DNA of 64,000 bases from a bacterium (GTDB lineage Bacteria > Desulfobacterota > JAPLJL01): positions 73,879-137,878 of the forward strand of contig JAQTNV010000001.1 in assembly GCA_028713675.1 (NCBI GenBank), given 5' to 3'. Position 1 is the stretch's first letter; each line of letters opens with the position of its first letter. The translations under genes and the position numbers were made by a program. Positions 49,197 through 58,626 of the stretch are shown here, in pieces. The notes under the pieces were generated by a model that saw only the letters and a program-made list of their open reading frames with translations, had not been told where the DNA came from and did no database searches.

Positions 49197-50603
49197 ATGG
49201 ATTTCCGCTCCTTACCTCTTTTCAAAGAATACATAAAATTTATCCTTGACCTTCATTCTCTTTTCGAGAAGAGGAGGAAATCAAGAAGTTCAGACGGTCC
49301 TTCGGTCAGTGCCGAGATCGAGGAAAAGATTCAGGCCAAGAAAGCCGAGATCGACAAACTGAATTCAGAAGCCGAACAGTCCGGCTTATTTTTTCCCCTG
49401 GAAAGGCTTTGCAAGGAATACAATCTCAACGATTTGGAGCGGGATATAATCCTTCTCCTTTTCGCACGTAGTTTTTTGGAAGGTGTTACTTATTCCAGCA
49501 CCTCTGGGAAGCAGATTCTCTATTTTCTGATCCCCGATCCGATTGATGTGATGCTTCAGCGTCAGGTGATTATGCCCGAGGGAAAGTTGATGAAGGAAGG
49601 GCTGGTCCATGTATATCGGTTCGCACGTGAAGGTGATCCGTTCCTCGACGGTGGATTTTGCTTGGGTGAACCGGTCTTGTCGTATTTACTCGGAGAGACC
49701 GAAGACCGTGGAGACTGGAAGAATAAAAGAGGGGAAGGGGAACAGGTAGGGTTTTTCCATCGCCATCGAAGACGGGATAGCGGTCCGCTTCTTGAGATTC
49801 GAGAGCCGGGGATAACCTTCACCCAGGTTATCCTCCCGGAAGGCCATCGGGATCGAATTTCCGAGGCGCTAAATCAGCTTGTCCATCAGAACCTTATTTT
49901 TATCGACTGGGGGTTTAAGGAAACTCTCCCGTATGGGAAAGGGGTGACCATACTTTTCTCCGGTCCTCCTGGAACCGGCAAAACAATGACCGCAGCGGCC
50001 TGTGCCGATTTCCTGAGCTTGAAGCTCGGAGTCGTAAGACCTGAGGGAGTGGTGGACCTCTTTGTCGGCGAAACGGAAAAGAATGTCTCGCGGGTATTCC
50101 AGGAAGCCAAAAAGGAAAATTGCCTTTTGTTCTTTGATGAGTGCGATTCCCTTTTTCAGTCCCGATATTCCGGCAGGACGGCAGTTGACCGGATGGAAAG
50201 CCGGTCGGTCAACATCCTCCTGCGGGAGATCGAGCGGAGCTTTGAGGGGGCGGTTATCCTGGCCACAAACCGGGTTTTTGACCTGGACGAAGCCCTGGAA
50301 CGACGAATCTCCCTTAGACTCCAGTTCCCGGTGCCCGATGCAGGGGCCAGAGAGCGGATTTGGCGGGGTTTCTTTCCTGCCCAAGCCCCATTGGACTCCC
50401 AAGTGGATTTTTGGGCTTTAGCGCATGAATATGAGCTTTCTGGGGGGGAAATAAAGAATGCTGTCCTCCGGGCAATCCGGAGGATCGGTTCCCAGTCAGA
50501 GCCAAGGTGCCAGCTAATAACCCAGAATCTTCTTGAGGAAGTTGCCAGGGAGGAACTGGAGTCCCGCTGGAGCCGGGAAGATCGCAAGAGGATTGGGTTT
50601 TAG
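49197..50603 (+). CDS. AAA+ ATPase (classic AAA clade) with unique ~230-aa N-terminal domain
   Basis: Start codon abuts the upstream stop. Walker A GPPGTGKT, Walker B LLFFDECD, sensor-1 ATNR. Confidence 0.85.
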   Translation: MDFRSLPLFKEYIKFILDLHSLFEKRRKSRSSDGPSVSAEIEEKIQAKKAEIDKLNSEAEQSGLFFPLERLCKEYNLNDLERDIILLLFARSFLEGVTYSSTSGKQILYFLIPDPIDVMLQRQVIMPEGKLMKEGLVHVYRFAREGDPFLDGGFCLGEPVLSYLLGETEDRGDWKNKRGEGEQVGFFHRHRRRDSGPLLEIREPGITFTQVILPEGHRDRISEALNQLVHQNLIFIDWGFKETLPYGKGVTILFSGPPGTGKTMTAAACADFLSLKLGVVRPEGVVDLFVGETEKNVSRVFQEAKKENCLLFFDECDSLFQSRYSGRTAVDRMESRSVNILLREIERSFEGAVILATNRVFDLDEALERRISLRLQFPVPDAGARERIWRGFFPAQAPLDSQVDFWALAHEYELSGGEIKNAVLRAIRRIGSQSEPRCQLITQNLLEEVAREELESRWSREDRKRIGF

Positions 50604-50784
50604 CTCCCTGCCGGGTAACCACTGCCCACCTTTTCCACATTCGTGGAAAATAGTCTTTGTATGTTTTACTTGACCATCGGTAGGTATTTTCAGATAATAA
50701 CTCAAGGTCTGAAATTAAAGAGTCTCGAATTAGAAATAATTATAAATTTGATTTAAATTCCATAACGGAAAGGAAGGAGTTCGT

Positions 50785-51900
50785 ATGCGACTGGCAACAT
50801 TTAACGTAGAGAACATGTTCGAGAGAGCCAAAGCTCTGAATCTAGGCTCGTGGACAGAAGGCAAAACCGTTCTTGAGGATTTCAACAGGCTCAACACGTT
50901 GATTCAGGAATCTGTGTATACGGAAGAAATCAAGGCCGAGCTTCTAGATATAATGAAACGTCATAAGGGTTTGATAAAGGACGGCAATAGCGAGTTTCTA
51001 CGTCTTCGCGACGTTCGCGGAAAGTTTCTTTATCGCCCGAAGAACGGGCCAGTTGAAATCGGTGCTGGGGGCAGAAACGACTGGATTGGTTGGTTCGATC
51101 TGGAACGTGAGCCGGTCAAGGAGACAGCCACTGAAAATACTGCCCGGATCATTGGGATGTTGAACGCTGATATATTATGCGTTGTCGAGGCGGAAGATCG
51201 AATCGGTTTAAAGCGCTTCAATGATGCTGTAATCCAAAAAGTTGGTGCAAATTCATTTGGCTCCGTAATGCTGATTGATGGAAACGACGACCGAGGCATC
51301 GATGTCGGAATCATGGTTCGTAGTGAATTCGAGATAGCTCTTATGAAAAGCCACGTTGACGATAAGGACACCAAAGGAACTATTTTTAGCCGTGATTGCG
51401 CTGAATATGAAGTGAAGACCGCACAAGGAAATAAGCTCCTTCTTCTTATCAATCATTTCAAATCAAAAGGTTACGGGCGTTCTGATGAATCGGCTGCGAA
51501 GCGGCTACGGCAGGCAACTAGAGTCCGCCAAATTTATGATGAGCGTATTGCCGAAGGATATAAATACATTGCAATTGCCGGTGATCTAAACGAGATGCCT
51601 GATGAATCACCTATGGACCCGCTCTTGCGCAAAGGTTCCGATTTGACAGACATCATGACGCACCCAAAGTTTATTGGAGATGGACGACCTGGAACGCATG
51701 GCAATGGGACCAAGTCAGCAAAACTCGATTATATTCTTATGTCTCCAAAACTCTCCGAAAAGGTGACGAATGGAGGTTTAGAACGAAGGGGTGTCTGGGG
51801 TGGCAAAAATGGTACGCTCTTTCCGCATATCCCAACCATAGAGATGGAGATGGATGCAGCGTCCGATCATGCAGCGCTGTGGGCTGAAATCGATGTTTAA
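50785..51900 (+). CDS. endonuclease/exonuclease/phosphatase (EEP) family protein
   Basis: MRLATFNVEN start, ADILCVVEAED, C-terminal SDHAALWAEIDV. Confidence 0.82.
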   Translation: MRLATFNVENMFERAKALNLGSWTEGKTVLEDFNRLNTLIQESVYTEEIKAELLDIMKRHKGLIKDGNSEFLRLRDVRGKFLYRPKNGPVEIGAGGRNDWIGWFDLEREPVKETATENTARIIGMLNADILCVVEAEDRIGLKRFNDAVIQKVGANSFGSVMLIDGNDDRGIDVGIMVRSEFEIALMKSHVDDKDTKGTIFSRDCAEYEVKTAQGNKLLLLINHFKSKGYGRSDESAAKRLRQATRVRQIYDERIAEGYKYIAIAGDLNEMPDESPMDPLLRKGSDLTDIMTHPKFIGDGRPGTHGNGTKSAKLDYILMSPKLSEKVTNGGLERRGVWGGKNGTLFPHIPTIEMEMDAASDHAALWAEIDV

Positions 51901-52018
51901 AGCAATGTCATTATTGAACACTATGGAAAGGACTTTTCCCTGCCTGCTGGTCTTTACCTGTTCTCATCATGGCGGCGTTTGTGGGAGTCAAGATTAATTT
52001 TTTAAGGAGGAATATTTT

Positions 52019-52207
52019 ATGAATTTCAAATCAATTATTAAAGTTTTATTCGTTCTTATTTTTTTAACGATTTTCTTTTTTAACTGTGGTTTAGAAGAAG
52101 ATGATAATAAGGCTCCCTGTTGTGATGGAACTACAAGTCCAAGTTGTTATTGTGATGGAGACTTACAAGGGTGTTGTTCTCATCATGGTGGTGTTTGTGG
52201 ATGCTAA
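52019..52207 (+). CDS. small Cys-rich secreted (lipo)peptide, 62 aa
   Basis: AGGAGG RBS. Signal peptide ends in FFNCG. The mature part CCDGTTSPSCYCDGDLQGCCSHHGGVCGC has 9 Cys. A decayed copy of the C-terminus lies at 51924..51998. Confidence 0.5.
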   Translation: MNFKSIIKVLFVLIFLTIFFFNCGLEEDDNKAPCCDGTTSPSCYCDGDLQGCCSHHGGVCGC

Positions 52208-52232
52208 TCTACAAATATATTAAGGAAGAAAA

Positions 52233-52895
52233 ATGAGGAAGAAATCTTTAATCATTGGCCTTTGCGGTTTTTTCGCAGGAATAGCTTTTGTAATCCAGTG
52301 TGGGAACGATGCAAAATCTATAGCAGGCAAGATTGCCACTGCCCTGGATATTTCCTTTGATAATTCTGGGACTAACCTTGCATCCCAAAATGTTCAGGAC
52401 GCTATCTCAGAGATATCCTCGAATATTGATAAATTAAGTGTAAAAAAATCGCTTTATATTAAAGATGGAGATGGAAATTTACTTGGTATTTTTATTCAAA
52501 GACTTTATGGCGGTAGTTATGAATATTTTTCTATTGAAAATAATTCTTTAATGGAAATTAATAGTTTTGATGGCTCTTTATGTTCAGATTTAAGGTCTAT
52601 TCCAGCAATATATTTTATGGAAAATGATTGTGTAGGAAATGCATATTCAAATATAAGTGACATGTGGTCTGGAAAAGATAAAATATTTTGTGGTCCTAAT
52701 AATTCTTTTTACAAAATAAGTAGTGTTTTACTCAAAAACACAAAAGTCATAAGTATGAAAACGGTTGACTCCATTACCAAACAAATTACTTGTAGTAATA
52801 ACCCTTACAATTTCAATATAGATATAGCAAAACTTGAACAAATAACCTTGCCAAAGATACAATATACTCTTCCCATAACGATTGAAGCTAGATAG
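52233..52895 (+). CDS. lipoprotein, N-terminal module paralogous to 46883 product
   Basis: VIQCG lipobox. N-terminal ~60 aa are similar to the discoidin lipoprotein N-terminus (SIAxxIxxAxDxSFDNSGT). Confidence 0.6.
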   Translation: MRKKSLIIGLCGFFAGIAFVIQCGNDAKSIAGKIATALDISFDNSGTNLASQNVQDAISEISSNIDKLSVKKSLYIKDGDGNLLGIFIQRLYGGSYEYFSIENNSLMEINSFDGSLCSDLRSIPAIYFMENDCVGNAYSNISDMWSGKDKIFCGPNNSFYKISSVLLKNTKVISMKTVDSITKQITCSNNPYNFNIDIAKLEQITLPKIQYTLPITIEAR

Positions 52896-52898
52896 ATA

Positions 52899-53624
52899 TT
52901 GAATCCGAAACGGTATATCTTTTTCTTTTTATTCCTACTCTTACTATTATCTCCTTCAGTCTTCTCCTTTCCCCTCTCCCCAGTCTTCCGTGTCGTTGAC
53001 GGTGATACTATTGTCGTAAATTACCAAGGCCAGAAAGAAAAAGTCCGCCTAATCGGTGTAGATACCCCCGAAACCGTCGATCCTCGGCGTCCAGTCCAAT
53101 ATTTCGGGAAAGAGGCATCGAACTTCACTAAAAGGATGCTCACCGGCAAGCAGGTTCGTCTGGAATTCGACCAGAATAAACGGGATAAATACGGTCGGCT
53201 TCTGGCCTATATTCATCTCTCCTTGGCCCAGGCGAAGGATGCACCTGACTGCATGGTAAAATCTGGTCCTGCTGAGTTCGATTTCGATGCTTCCCTGATT
53301 TCCTGCGGTTATGGCCACGCTTATACCCGTTTTCCCTTCGCCAGGATGGATAAATACCGGGACTTGGAACGGCAGGCCCGGTTTTCTAATAGGGGACTAT
53401 GGGCCGGAGGGAATAGCTATGAGAAATTATTCGACAAAGCTGGGGAAAAGGGGATATCTGCCAAGCAGGAAGGGTATTTCGTCGCCAGTAGGAATTCAGA
53501 TAAGTTCCATAGACCCGACTGCAAATGGGCGATGAAGATCAGCGATAGGAACCTGATAAAGTTCAAGACAAGAGAAGAGGCGATAAAGGCAGGGCTTAAG
53601 CCGTGTGGGGTCTGTAGGCCATGA
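52899..53624 (+). CDS. secreted thermonuclease (SNase-like) with C-terminal Ada-type zinc-binding domain
   Basis: VVDGDTI...VRLIGVDTPE SNase motifs. C-terminal FHRPDC...FKTREEAIKAGLKPCGVCRP resembles the Ada metal-binding domain. Confidence 0.8.
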   Translation: MNPKRYIFFFLFLLLLLSPSVFSFPLSPVFRVVDGDTIVVNYQGQKEKVRLIGVDTPETVDPRRPVQYFGKEASNFTKRMLTGKQVRLEFDQNKRDKYGRLLAYIHLSLAQAKDAPDCMVKSGPAEFDFDASLISCGYGHAYTRFPFARMDKYRDLERQARFSNRGLWAGGNSYEKLFDKAGEKGISAKQEGYFVASRNSDKFHRPDCKWAMKISDRNLIKFKTREEAIKAGLKPCGVCRP

Positions 53625-54505
53625 AAAAAATTAGAAATAAAATAAAATTAAACATGCCTAAAGATCTGGAAATTCTCATTTCCGAAAAATCTACATTGAA
53701 TAGACAATTTTTTCGACTCGCTGATGAAGCTGGTGATCCTCAGCAATTAGTATCTGAACTATTTGATATTCTGCCAAATAAAATAAAAGAAGCACCAGCT
53801 TTTTTATTAATAACTGGGAAATGGCATTATGATTATGGTATTCCGTATATAAATCTACCCGAAAATACGAATGTGATTGGGACCCCACAATGGCCAGAGG
53901 TAAAAATCCTTTATCAATCCTTAAAAATAGCTCATACGTATTTAACGCATCAGCAATTTGATGTGTTTGTTCAAAGGTTGATAGATCCGGCAAAACACAA
54001 TGATGTATTGTTTGAAATGAGGCCACTGTTATATATCACAAAATCTTTTTGCCCAATATACGAAGTTTCCGGGTATGGTTCGGGTAATAAAACTATTGAT
54101 TGGTTAATAAAGCCAGCTTCTCCGCCATTCTTTTTAACTGAAGTAAAAAATCGTGAGAAAAGCATGATCAAATTTCTTCATGATGTCACTCCTAAACTTA
54201 ATCGTGGAGAAGATTTCATTATTCCCCCCAAACCTGATCCTGGTGATCTTTTCAAGAGCACATTAGAAAAATTCAAATCAAGAATAGACAGCTCATGGTT
54301 ACAAGGCGTATGGGTCCAAACACAAATTATTGAAGATAGATCATCCGTCATTCAATATTTTAACAAAATTGATCATACTATATTGCAGTTTTTAATTATT
54401 TCTAAATGGGGAAAAGATGCTTTTGTTTTAACACGGACAGAGCAACAGAAACGTCAATTGATAGATTTTTTTGAAATTAATGAGTCAACTTTATTGGATT
54501 ACTGA
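53621..54505 (+). CDS. hypothetical protein (294 aa), translationally coupled to the nuclease gene
   Basis: ATGA overlap with the upstream stop. AT-rich. No family recognised. Confidence 0.55.
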   Translation: MKKIRNKIKLNMPKDLEILISEKSTLNRQFFRLADEAGDPQQLVSELFDILPNKIKEAPAFLLITGKWHYDYGIPYINLPENTNVIGTPQWPEVKILYQSLKIAHTYLTHQQFDVFVQRLIDPAKHNDVLFEMRPLLYITKSFCPIYEVSGYGSGNKTIDWLIKPASPPFFLTEVKNREKSMIKFLHDVTPKLNRGEDFIIPPKPDPGDLFKSTLEKFKSRIDSSWLQGVWVQTQIIEDRSSVIQYFNKIDHTILQFLIISKWGKDAFVLTRTEQQKRQLIDFFEINESTLLDY

Positions 54506-54539
54506 AATTGAAGAATCCCATAATTCCAAAACTAATTAA

Positions 54540-56885
54540 TCAATTGATCTGACGAACGCACCGAAACCCGAGGTTGTCGCCCCGATACGCCCAGCGGGTG
54601 CTGCCTCGACCCGAAGCGCGCAGAGAGCCGGTGCCGTAGTTCCAACTGCCACCACGAATGACACGGGACGACCCCGATGAAGGCCCTTGTGGGTTCCGGG
54701 ACGGGCTTTTACCGTAATATCCCGAATCATACCAATCACTCACCCACTCCCAAACATTTCCTGCCATATCCATCACCCCATAAGGACTCGCCCCTTTAGG
54801 TTTAGAGCCAACCGGCCAAGTGGAATCCTTCCCGCACCCATTACCGCCATAACCTATCACCATATAATCGCAATTTGCCGTCTCATTTCCCCAGGGATAT
54901 TTACGGCCATCCGTTCCCCGCGCGGCCTTCTCCCACTCTGCCTCCGTCGGCAATCGCTTCCCCGCCCATTCGCAATAATTATTGGCGTCGTGCCAATCCA
55001 CACAATTCACCGGGTGATTCCCCCGATCTGAATACCCCCAGTTGCAATACTGGTTGTCGCTTTTGGATTTCGGTGCATCGCACTTCAAGGTATTCACGCA
55101 TTTCTGGTATTCCGCCACCGTCACTTCGTATTTATCAATGTAATATGCATCCAGGGTTACCTGATGATAGGGTTTCCCATCGTCACCGCATTGATTATCA
55201 ACCGAGGAATTGCATCCCATCATGAATTCACCGGTAGGAATATACGCCATATCAGGATATTTTTTCTTAGCCACTTCCTCCGCAACCTTCTCTTCCTTTT
55301 TCCTTACTACCTCCTCCGATTCTTCCAGTTTGATCGTCACCGAGGCCATTTTTTGGTCTTCAATTAGTGCGGTTTTATTTCCCTCTTTGTCTTTGGTTTT
55401 CACTATTATCTCATGGTTTCCCACCGGGATACCGGTAAGCGTAAGCGGGGCGCTTCCTTTTTTTATCCCATCAATAAAAACCTTCGCCCCTGGTTCTGGC
55501 GGGTCGGTAAAAATGCTCAGGGAACCCACCATTTGAACCAATTTCCCTTGCTCTCGCGTGATCGCTACCTGCTTTCCACTGGCAATAGAAAGCTTGAACG
55601 ACTTGGTATGGTAACCATCCATCCTCAAAGAAAGCTCATATTGCCCCGGCGAGAGTTCAATCGATACCGGCGTCTTTGTTTGGAGATCTACAATATGAGC
55701 TACTTCTCCATTTTCATTAACAATTTTTACAGGCACCATCGGGAAGACTTGTGTCTTGCCCTGATCGGTATTGTTGACGAATACCTCCGCTCCGGCAGGA
55801 TCGGACTCTAATGAAACCGTCCCGAAATTGGGAGACAGCGGATAGTTCTTTATAGTCTTCTTTTCGTCTTCCACCAAAACCACCTGATTCTTGATCGGAT
55901 CATAAAGATCGAGAGAAACCGAGACCAGGCACTCTCCCGATCTCATCCGCTCGTTCCGGTATGGGGTAGTCCCCACCTGCGTGCCCCCGATCTCCACCTT
56001 TGCCCCTGGCGGTTCCGAGACAATCTCTAGGGTTCCGAAATTGGGCTTGAGCTTTAGGCCTTCATATTTGGTTACCCCCGGCTTCAAATTCACGGGAAAA
56101 ACCAAGGGATGAAAATCCGATTTTTGCAGGGTGACCTGGACAACCTTGCCCGGCTCCAGGTCGGTCTTCTGGAAGGCTGGTTCGGTGTTCCCCGTCTTGA
56201 GATTCCCGAGGTAAACATCCGCACCCGAAGGACTGGTCGTAATATAAAGACCGGCGGGACCCGATGCTGCGGTAACTACCTGGGTAGGATTAACCTCGGT
56301 GATTCCCCCTTCTGCCGGGCCTGAAGGAACTAACCCCGGAGAAACGAACCCTGGACCCACCCCAGATTCCTTACCTTCCTTCCGACCTGATAATTTCCTC
56401 CCCAAAATATGGGCTGCTTTCTGCAAATCACCGGCCTGGCACAAGCAGCTCTCGATCTTGGTTTGGTCCACGAAATAAAGAACTGTATTGGGTTTTCGCT
56501 TATAAAGCTTCGCCGAGAATGCACATTTTTCTCCCGCCTTACTGACCTCTGCTTTTACAAATAAATCCGCATCCAGCTCAGCGGCAAGATCAGCCAAGCA
56601 CTCTGGTCCATCGCAAGATTTCTGGCTTTTTTCCTGGATTTGTTTGAAATAATAATAAAGCGTATCCCGGTCAACCAGATTGTAATTACCAGCATCGGCA
56701 AATTCAGCAGTAAGCGCATCGGTCAGAACCCCTTCCTGGATCGGCTTGGGGGTAAGACCTTTCAAATCCACCTCGAAGATAACCAATACCTCTTTTTTCT
56801 GGGCGAGGAGAGCTGGAGCCAGGAGTGCAAGTAGAGCACAGGTTAGGATCAGTTTTTGCATGGTTAGGTTAGCCCGCATTTTCAC
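54540..56885 (-). CDS. secreted PEGA-repeat protein with C-terminal formylglycine-generating-enzyme (FGE/SUMF1-like) domain
   Basis: Signal peptide, several PEGA-like repeats, and C-terminal FGE motifs (YHQVTLDAYYIDKYEVT, RLPTEAEWEKAARG, RGGSW). The start codon is uncertain (GTG at 56885 or ATG at 56879/56861). Confidence 0.8.
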   Translation of the reverse strand: MKMRANLTMQKLILTCALLALLAPALLAQKKEVLVIFEVDLKGLTPKPIQEGVLTDALTAEFADAGNYNLVDRDTLYYYFKQIQEKSQKSCDGPECLADLAAELDADLFVKAEVSKAGEKCAFSAKLYKRKPNTVLYFVDQTKIESCLCQAGDLQKAAHILGRKLSGRKEGKESGVGPGFVSPGLVPSGPAEGGITEVNPTQVVTAASGPAGLYITTSPSGADVYLGNLKTGNTEPAFQKTDLEPGKVVQVTLQKSDFHPLVFPVNLKPGVTKYEGLKLKPNFGTLEIVSEPPGAKVEIGGTQVGTTPYRNERMRSGECLVSVSLDLYDPIKNQVVLVEDEKKTIKNYPLSPNFGTVSLESDPAGAEVFVNNTDQGKTQVFPMVPVKIVNENGEVAHIVDLQTKTPVSIELSPGQYELSLRMDGYHTKSFKLSIASGKQVAITREQGKLVQMVGSLSIFTDPPEPGAKVFIDGIKKGSAPLTLTGIPVGNHEIIVKTKDKEGNKTALIEDQKMASVTIKLEESEEVVRKKEEKVAEEVAKKKYPDMAYIPTGEFMMGCNSSVDNQCGDDGKPYHQVTLDAYYIDKYEVTVAEYQKCVNTLKCDAPKSKSDNQYCNWGYSDRGNHPVNCVDWHDANNYCEWAGKRLPTEAEWEKAARGTDGRKYPWGNETANCDYMVIGYGGNGCGKDSTWPVGSKPKGASPYGVMDMAGNVWEWVSDWYDSGYYGKSPSRNPQGPSSGSSRVIRGGSWNYGTGSLRASGRGSTRWAYRGDNLGFRCVRQIN

Positions 56886-57111
56886 TGGTCTTTTTTATTG
56901 ACTTGATCCACCCAGCATAGAACATACTCCAGTTATGGTCGGGATCGTCCTTCGAGGCGGACATCCTGACCGACTGGGACCTCTCGTTGTAATCGGTAAG
57001 GTAGCCCAGGGCGTCGAGGTCGCCGTGCTTTAGGATATAGACCCGCTGGCCTCGGTATTCCCGAAGTTTCGCTTTTATTACATCTGGGACCTTGTCGGGT
57101 ATCTGGATCAT
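56869..57111 (-). CDS. hypothetical small protein (80 aa)
   Basis: Overlaps both flanking minus-strand genes (4 nt upstream, 17 nt downstream). Confidence 0.4.
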   Translation of the reverse strand: MIQIPDKVPDVIKAKLREYRGQRVYILKHGDLDALGYLTDYNERSQSVRMSASKDDPDHNWSMFYAGWIKSIKKTSENAG

Positions 57112-57326
57112 TTTGCTTTTTTTCTTTTTACCTCATTCAGCAATTCATTCGCCCTTTTATCCAGTTCCTTGGCATCGATCAGGCCCTTTTCCATCATCTG
57201 CTCAAGAGCCGCTTTAAACGGGATCAGGGCAAGGACCACTTGATTATGGTTCTTGGTTAATTCCTCAACGGATTCTTCGAGTTTTTTAATACGGGTTAGA
57301 GTGTCTTTGAAATCTTTTTCAGTCAT
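57108..57326 (-). CDS. hypothetical small coiled-coil protein (72 aa)
   Basis: ORF with a 4-nt overlap to the 80-aa ORF. Confidence 0.4.
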   Translation of the reverse strand: MTEKDFKDTLTRIKKLEESVEELTKNHNQVVLALIPFKAALEQMMEKGLIDAKELDKRANELLNEVKRKKAK

Positions 57327-57421
57327 CTAATCTTTCTAAGCAGAGTCCTGCCATGTGAGCATAGGTAGCTACCTGACCGATGGTTTCAATAAGTTAAACA
57401 AACCTTCTATTTAATTACTTT

Positions 57422-58153
57422 TTACCTTGAAGGGGGGATGGTAAACATACGTCTGGCTTCAATGTTTTCCTTAAATACTTTATTAATGTGTTTCTCTAAT
57501 TCTTCTTCATATTTTTTTGCTCGTTCTTCTTCGACTTGCGGTGAAGGCTTTTCTGGTTTTGAAGGATTACCGACATCGTCATTATAAACATAGTAGACTT
57601 CAATTCTCTTATTTTTTTTGTCAATTATTTCAGTGGGCGTAAAAGTGTATTCTTTTCTAATTTCTTCAAAATTTATTATTGAATCATGAAAGCTCTTGGA
57701 GACCAGAAGATGATTTTCATCCCCTGTATCCATTATCCTTTGTGTGTTGTTGATAGCGTTTCCTGCAATATTTTCTTTGCCATTAATATCAGAATAAATA
57801 CATCCAGGTCCATTATGTAAGCCCACACGAATTCTAATGCATGATCTCTTTACAATTATCAATAAAAGCACGGCAAAATTGAAAGCTGTATGTTCATTAT
57901 TAAAACACAAGACTACACCATCGCCAGTAGGAAATTCTGTAACAATATCCTTATGTTTTCTCTTAATATAAGATAGGGTAGAAGTTAATCTTGTTATAAC
58001 ATACCATGCCTTTTCATTAGGAAGAAAACTATAACTGACAATATCAATAAAAAGATAGGAATAGGAGGCCTTTTTATATCTTCCTTCCTTGTATACGTCG
58101 ATTAATTGGGATTCCTTTTCTTTTTCTTCTTCTATTTCCGCTAAATATTTCAT
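57422..58153 (-). CDS. standalone class III nucleotidyl cyclase domain protein
   Basis: LFIDIVSYS (metal Asp 1), PTGDGVVLCF (Asp 2), IRVGLHNGPG, GNAINNTQRIMDTGD. These match adenylate/guanylate (or pyrimidine) cyclase catalytic motifs. 243 aa with no sensor domain. Confidence 0.7.
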   Translation of the reverse strand: MKYLAEIEEEKEKESQLIDVYKEGRYKKASYSYLFIDIVSYSFLPNEKAWYVITRLTSTLSYIKRKHKDIVTEFPTGDGVVLCFNNEHTAFNFAVLLLIIVKRSCIRIRVGLHNGPGCIYSDINGKENIAGNAINNTQRIMDTGDENHLLVSKSFHDSIINFEEIRKEYTFTPTEIIDKKNKRIEVYYVYNDDVGNPSKPEKPSPQVEEERAKKYEEELEKHINKVFKENIEARRMFTIPPSR

Positions 58154-58197
58154 GTTTTCTCCAAAATGTTGCTTAAAAGAACAGACCTTCGACTCTA

Positions 58198-58548
58198 TTA
58201 CTTCTCGGAAATAATTCTGGCTATCCTCAGAACCTTCTCTAATTGGTCGAGATCAAGGTTCTTCAGCACCTTTTCGATCTTGGCTATCTGGGTTTCCTTG
58301 GCTTCCTCTTCCTTCGACCCTGTCTTTGGAGGAATCAAATCTAATAGTTCGAGGAGATCAACTTTCAGGGCATCGGCTATTCTGTTCAGGACATCGATGC
58401 TCGGGTTCTTTTCCGCCCGCTCGATCTCGCCGACATATTTATAGGAAAGATCCGACAGGTCTCCCAGTTGCTGCTGGGTCAGGTTCCTCTCCCGTCGGGT
58501 GGATCTTAACTTTTCTCCGAGTCCTTTGATTAAAATCTGCTTGTCCAT
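58198..58548 (-). CDS. XRE-family HTH regulator
   Basis: RRERNLTQQQLGDLSDLS...IERAEKNPS HTH_3. Confidence 0.8.
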   Translation of the reverse strand: MDKQILIKGLGEKLRSTRRERNLTQQQLGDLSDLSYKYVGEIERAEKNPSIDVLNRIADALKVDLLELLDLIPPKTGSKEEEAKETQIAKIEKVLKNLDLDQLEKVLRIARIISEK

Positions 58549-58626
58549 TTGATTTTTATATAACCAATTATATGATAGGAAAAACCTAGGTCAAGAAAAA
58601 TAAGCTGTGCATAGGATTTAAGAAAT

